Assembly: GCA_050273025.1 (NCBI GenBank) | Contig: CP158635.1 | Span: 26,722,001-26,786,000, forward strand | DNA length: 64,000 nucleotides | Reading direction: 5' to 3' | DNA from: Cenococcum geophilum | Lineage: Eukaryota | In this document: in pieces, positions 61,617-64,000 of the stretch | How the letters are laid out: each line of letters begins with the position of its first letter | Numbering within the stretch: the first letter of the stretch is position 1 | Program-made: the position numbers and the translations under genes | The notes under the pieces: model-generated | What the model saw: only the letters and a program-made list of their open reading frames with translations | What the model was told of the DNA's origin: nothing | The model's database searches: none

Positions 61617-62402
61617 TTAATCAACTTTGCATTACCTACAGCTAAGTTTCTGTCACGATCTACGCCCAAATATACCCAGCTGTTCGACTAATCTGCTATA
61701 AACCAGAGCGTGAATACCTCTTCGTTCGCCAGATCTCGGAGGAAATGATTATCGGGATTCAGCGATCTATTTGGATCGGAGTGGAACGGATCTGAAGGCA
61801 AATCCACTCCACCAAAATAACGATTTGACGCCAGGAGCACTGTGGAGCTCCAGTGTCGATATATGGCACGTGCACAAAGTAGCAGAAGTTCTCTTATCTT
61901 ATCATTATATCACTGCACGTGATATCATGTATAGTCACGTGCATATATACGGTCACGGACTCATATACCCCTTACTTCTCTTAATTTCCTTTTCGGCCCC
62001 TCCCCCTTACGCACCTACCTACTATTACTATATTAGCCTTAGTTACAACTCTACTGGGCTTAGCTACTACTATATTAGGTATAGTACTCGCACTTTTGGA
62101 GCTCTAAAGCCTCGAAATCCACTCCACGCCAATGCAGATCGGCTCCAACCATTCACGCCAAAACGCCAAAAAGGCTCCGATCCAAATACACCCTCCTGTC
62201 AATTCCGGTTGTTAGCGCAGCCACGTCTGCACGACCTTTTGTAGGGGAAGTTTTGCTGTTTAAGGGAAAGTACGGCCGTGCAGATGTGGCTGCGCTAACA
62301 ACCGGAATTGACAGGAGGGTGTAGATCACTGTCAGGATCAACGAATTAAGTAAGTCTCATAGAACTCAACTACGATATGTAGGTTTGAAGGTTAACACAC
62401 TA

Positions 62403-63936
62403 GGAGTCCGGCCCACTCCGTGCACGGTCCCACTCAATGCACACCAAAATCAAATATTACCAAGCCTCGATTTGAGGCTGTAGAGTCACATACAATTGAT
62501 AAAATAGTCTAGATTTTTGATGTAGTAATCTACTAAGTCTCCTCATTTGAATAAGCTATCGTATGAAATTTTCCGACCGTAGGAAGTCGTTAAATTTAGC
62601 GTTAAGTGCGAGAAGCCCTAGATATAACCACTCCATCTACCTCCTCAATTGCGACCTTTAAAATAACAATAAGAGATTGCCTAGTAGCTTATTTCTTCCG
62701 TCTACCTCCTTTCATCAGCTTAAGGTCATTTTAAAGCTATAGATTTACTGCGTGGGCGTATATAGCCTCCTCTCTCTAGCGGCGTTTTTCAGCAGCCTCC
62801 TTCTCTCGTTAAACCTTAGCTTGTATTTTATCCTGCTTCCTCTGTACTATTGCAAGTTATCGTTCTTCCTTCGCAAGTTGCTTCTAAATCTTCTCATCCT
62901 GTCGGCGTACCTCCTCTTAGTATTGTAGTTGTTTGCGCTCCTCTTAAAGCTCTTTCACTCGCTCGATTTTTAAGGGGCTAAAGAACATAGCCTTGCAGTC
63001 AGTTTCTGCACGTAGTTTATTAAAGAAAGGCTTACCACGAGCTCTTTTCTTCTTCTTATTACTAAACGCCTTTTAGAGGCCCTTATTTTTAGAGCGGAGG
63101 AGAGCAATATCAGTAATAAGCTTAAGAACTGTATTTTCGAGCCTTTTGGCCTGCGGCTCTGTAACCTCATTAACTATGTCTTGTAGAAGCCTACGCACCT
63201 TCCTCCAGTCGCTTACTAAGAGGGCTAAGGTATTTAAGTCTCTTAATAAAGGCCGAGAGGCTATTTTGCCTTACGTTTATTAAGTTTTAATAGCGCTAAG
63301 AACAACCTCTGGATTAAGCGGATTAAGCCCAGTATTTATCCACCTACTAAGTATATTATTCCTAGTAAAGGACCTATCATAGGCAGCATAAAATAGACGG
63401 AAGAAATCGCGTTTTATGACGGAGGAAAGGCCCTAACTTTTGCAGATAAGATTATTAAGTTCTTAGCTGTAATAAGTGCTAAGAGGAGAGAAGTGTCAGG
63501 TGACGAAGTCACCTCGCCTATATGTATTGTTCCGCACAGCCGTGTCTGGCATCAAGCCAGTCACTTGCTTACCTTTTGTAGGTTTGTGTGGCTGAGTGGT
63601 GCGGAGCTTATCACCTCACAAGAAGAGACTAATGTTAAGAGGTTATAGTCGGTGGGTTAAATAAGGCGGAAATACAGCTACTAATATCCTGTGCTTATAA
63701 CACTAGTTAAGGAAGTTTATATTAACATAAGATCCGTGCCCATTTAATATTAAGAGCCTCTAGGATCTTCCGCCTTTAGTCTTCTTTCTTATTTCTACAT
63801 CAAAAAGGGTAGTAAGCCATAAAAATCCGATCTTGTCGTTCGTCCAACCTATTATAGTAGATAAGAAGAAAACCCGGTGTTATTTAGGGTTAAAATCTTA
63901 AAGCTAGGTGTCTATATAAGTAGAGGTTGTAAATAG
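62403..63936 (-). mobile_element. RIP-degraded Fot1/pogo-like DDE transposon (3' part)
   Basis: Minus-strand degenerate GWTNDKIG, LLILNGHGSY and FPPYLTHRL*PLNISLFSPL (consensus-like PPHSTHRLQPLDVSLFSPL); TA then TIR-like GGAGTCCGGCCCACTC at 62401. Confidence 0.85.
63494..63620. mobile_element. Short solo LTR (127 bp) inserted in the pogo transposase
   Basis: TGTCAGGTGA...TCACCTCACA termini; AGAAG duplicated on both sides; interrupts the LFSPL codons. Confidence 0.88.
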
Positions 63937-64000
63937 TGTTACGCGCAGAGCGTATACGGCAGGGGCCGCATAGCGTAGCGTAGGTCACCTGACCACCTAC
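63937..64000. mobile_element. Probable start of another LTR, cut by the window edge
   Basis: Transposase homology stops at a TGTTACG start of GC-richer sequence. Confidence 0.45.

Overview
Eukaryotic DNA from a filamentous ascomycete (spliceosomal introns, Pezizomycotina-type genes; Dothideomycete-like by my impression only). It has three compartments. (1) About 1-18 kb is an AT/TpA-rich block of transposon relics degraded by repeat-induced point mutation (RIP): two chromodomain Ty3/Gypsy 3' halves, a Gypsy LTR+gag fragment that hosts an ORF1-only LINE derivative and three solo LTRs, and a Tc1-like fragment. It ends at a truncated GMC oxidoreductase pseudogene. (2) About 19.3-60.5 kb is gene-dense core: Mbp1-like APSES factor, complex I B18 subunit, peroxisomal 4CL-like ligase, DUF676 hydrolase, Rex3 exonuclease, Pcc1, tandem-BRCT protein, Ste2 receptor, glutamate-cysteine ligase (GCL) modifier and catalytic subunits, AP-1 sigma, Maf1, Bud32 and two hypothetical genes. 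(3) About 61-64 kb holds a Harbinger-type MITE and a RIP-degraded Fot1/pogo element with nested LTRs. The most notable feature is an intact HeLo-like/NACHT/ankyrin NLR immune-receptor gene inside a ~5-kb segment bounded by ~110-bp inverted repeats. This segment appears inserted into the 3' end of REX3, displacing its original C-terminal tail and supplying a new one. Immediately beside it, a small gene has had its last coding segment inverted in place. Two unrelated Gypsy relics share a structured 3'-UTR motif, and a third relic carries an array of six small hairpins. All calls were made by eye without database searches; exon and TE boundaries are approximate unless stated.
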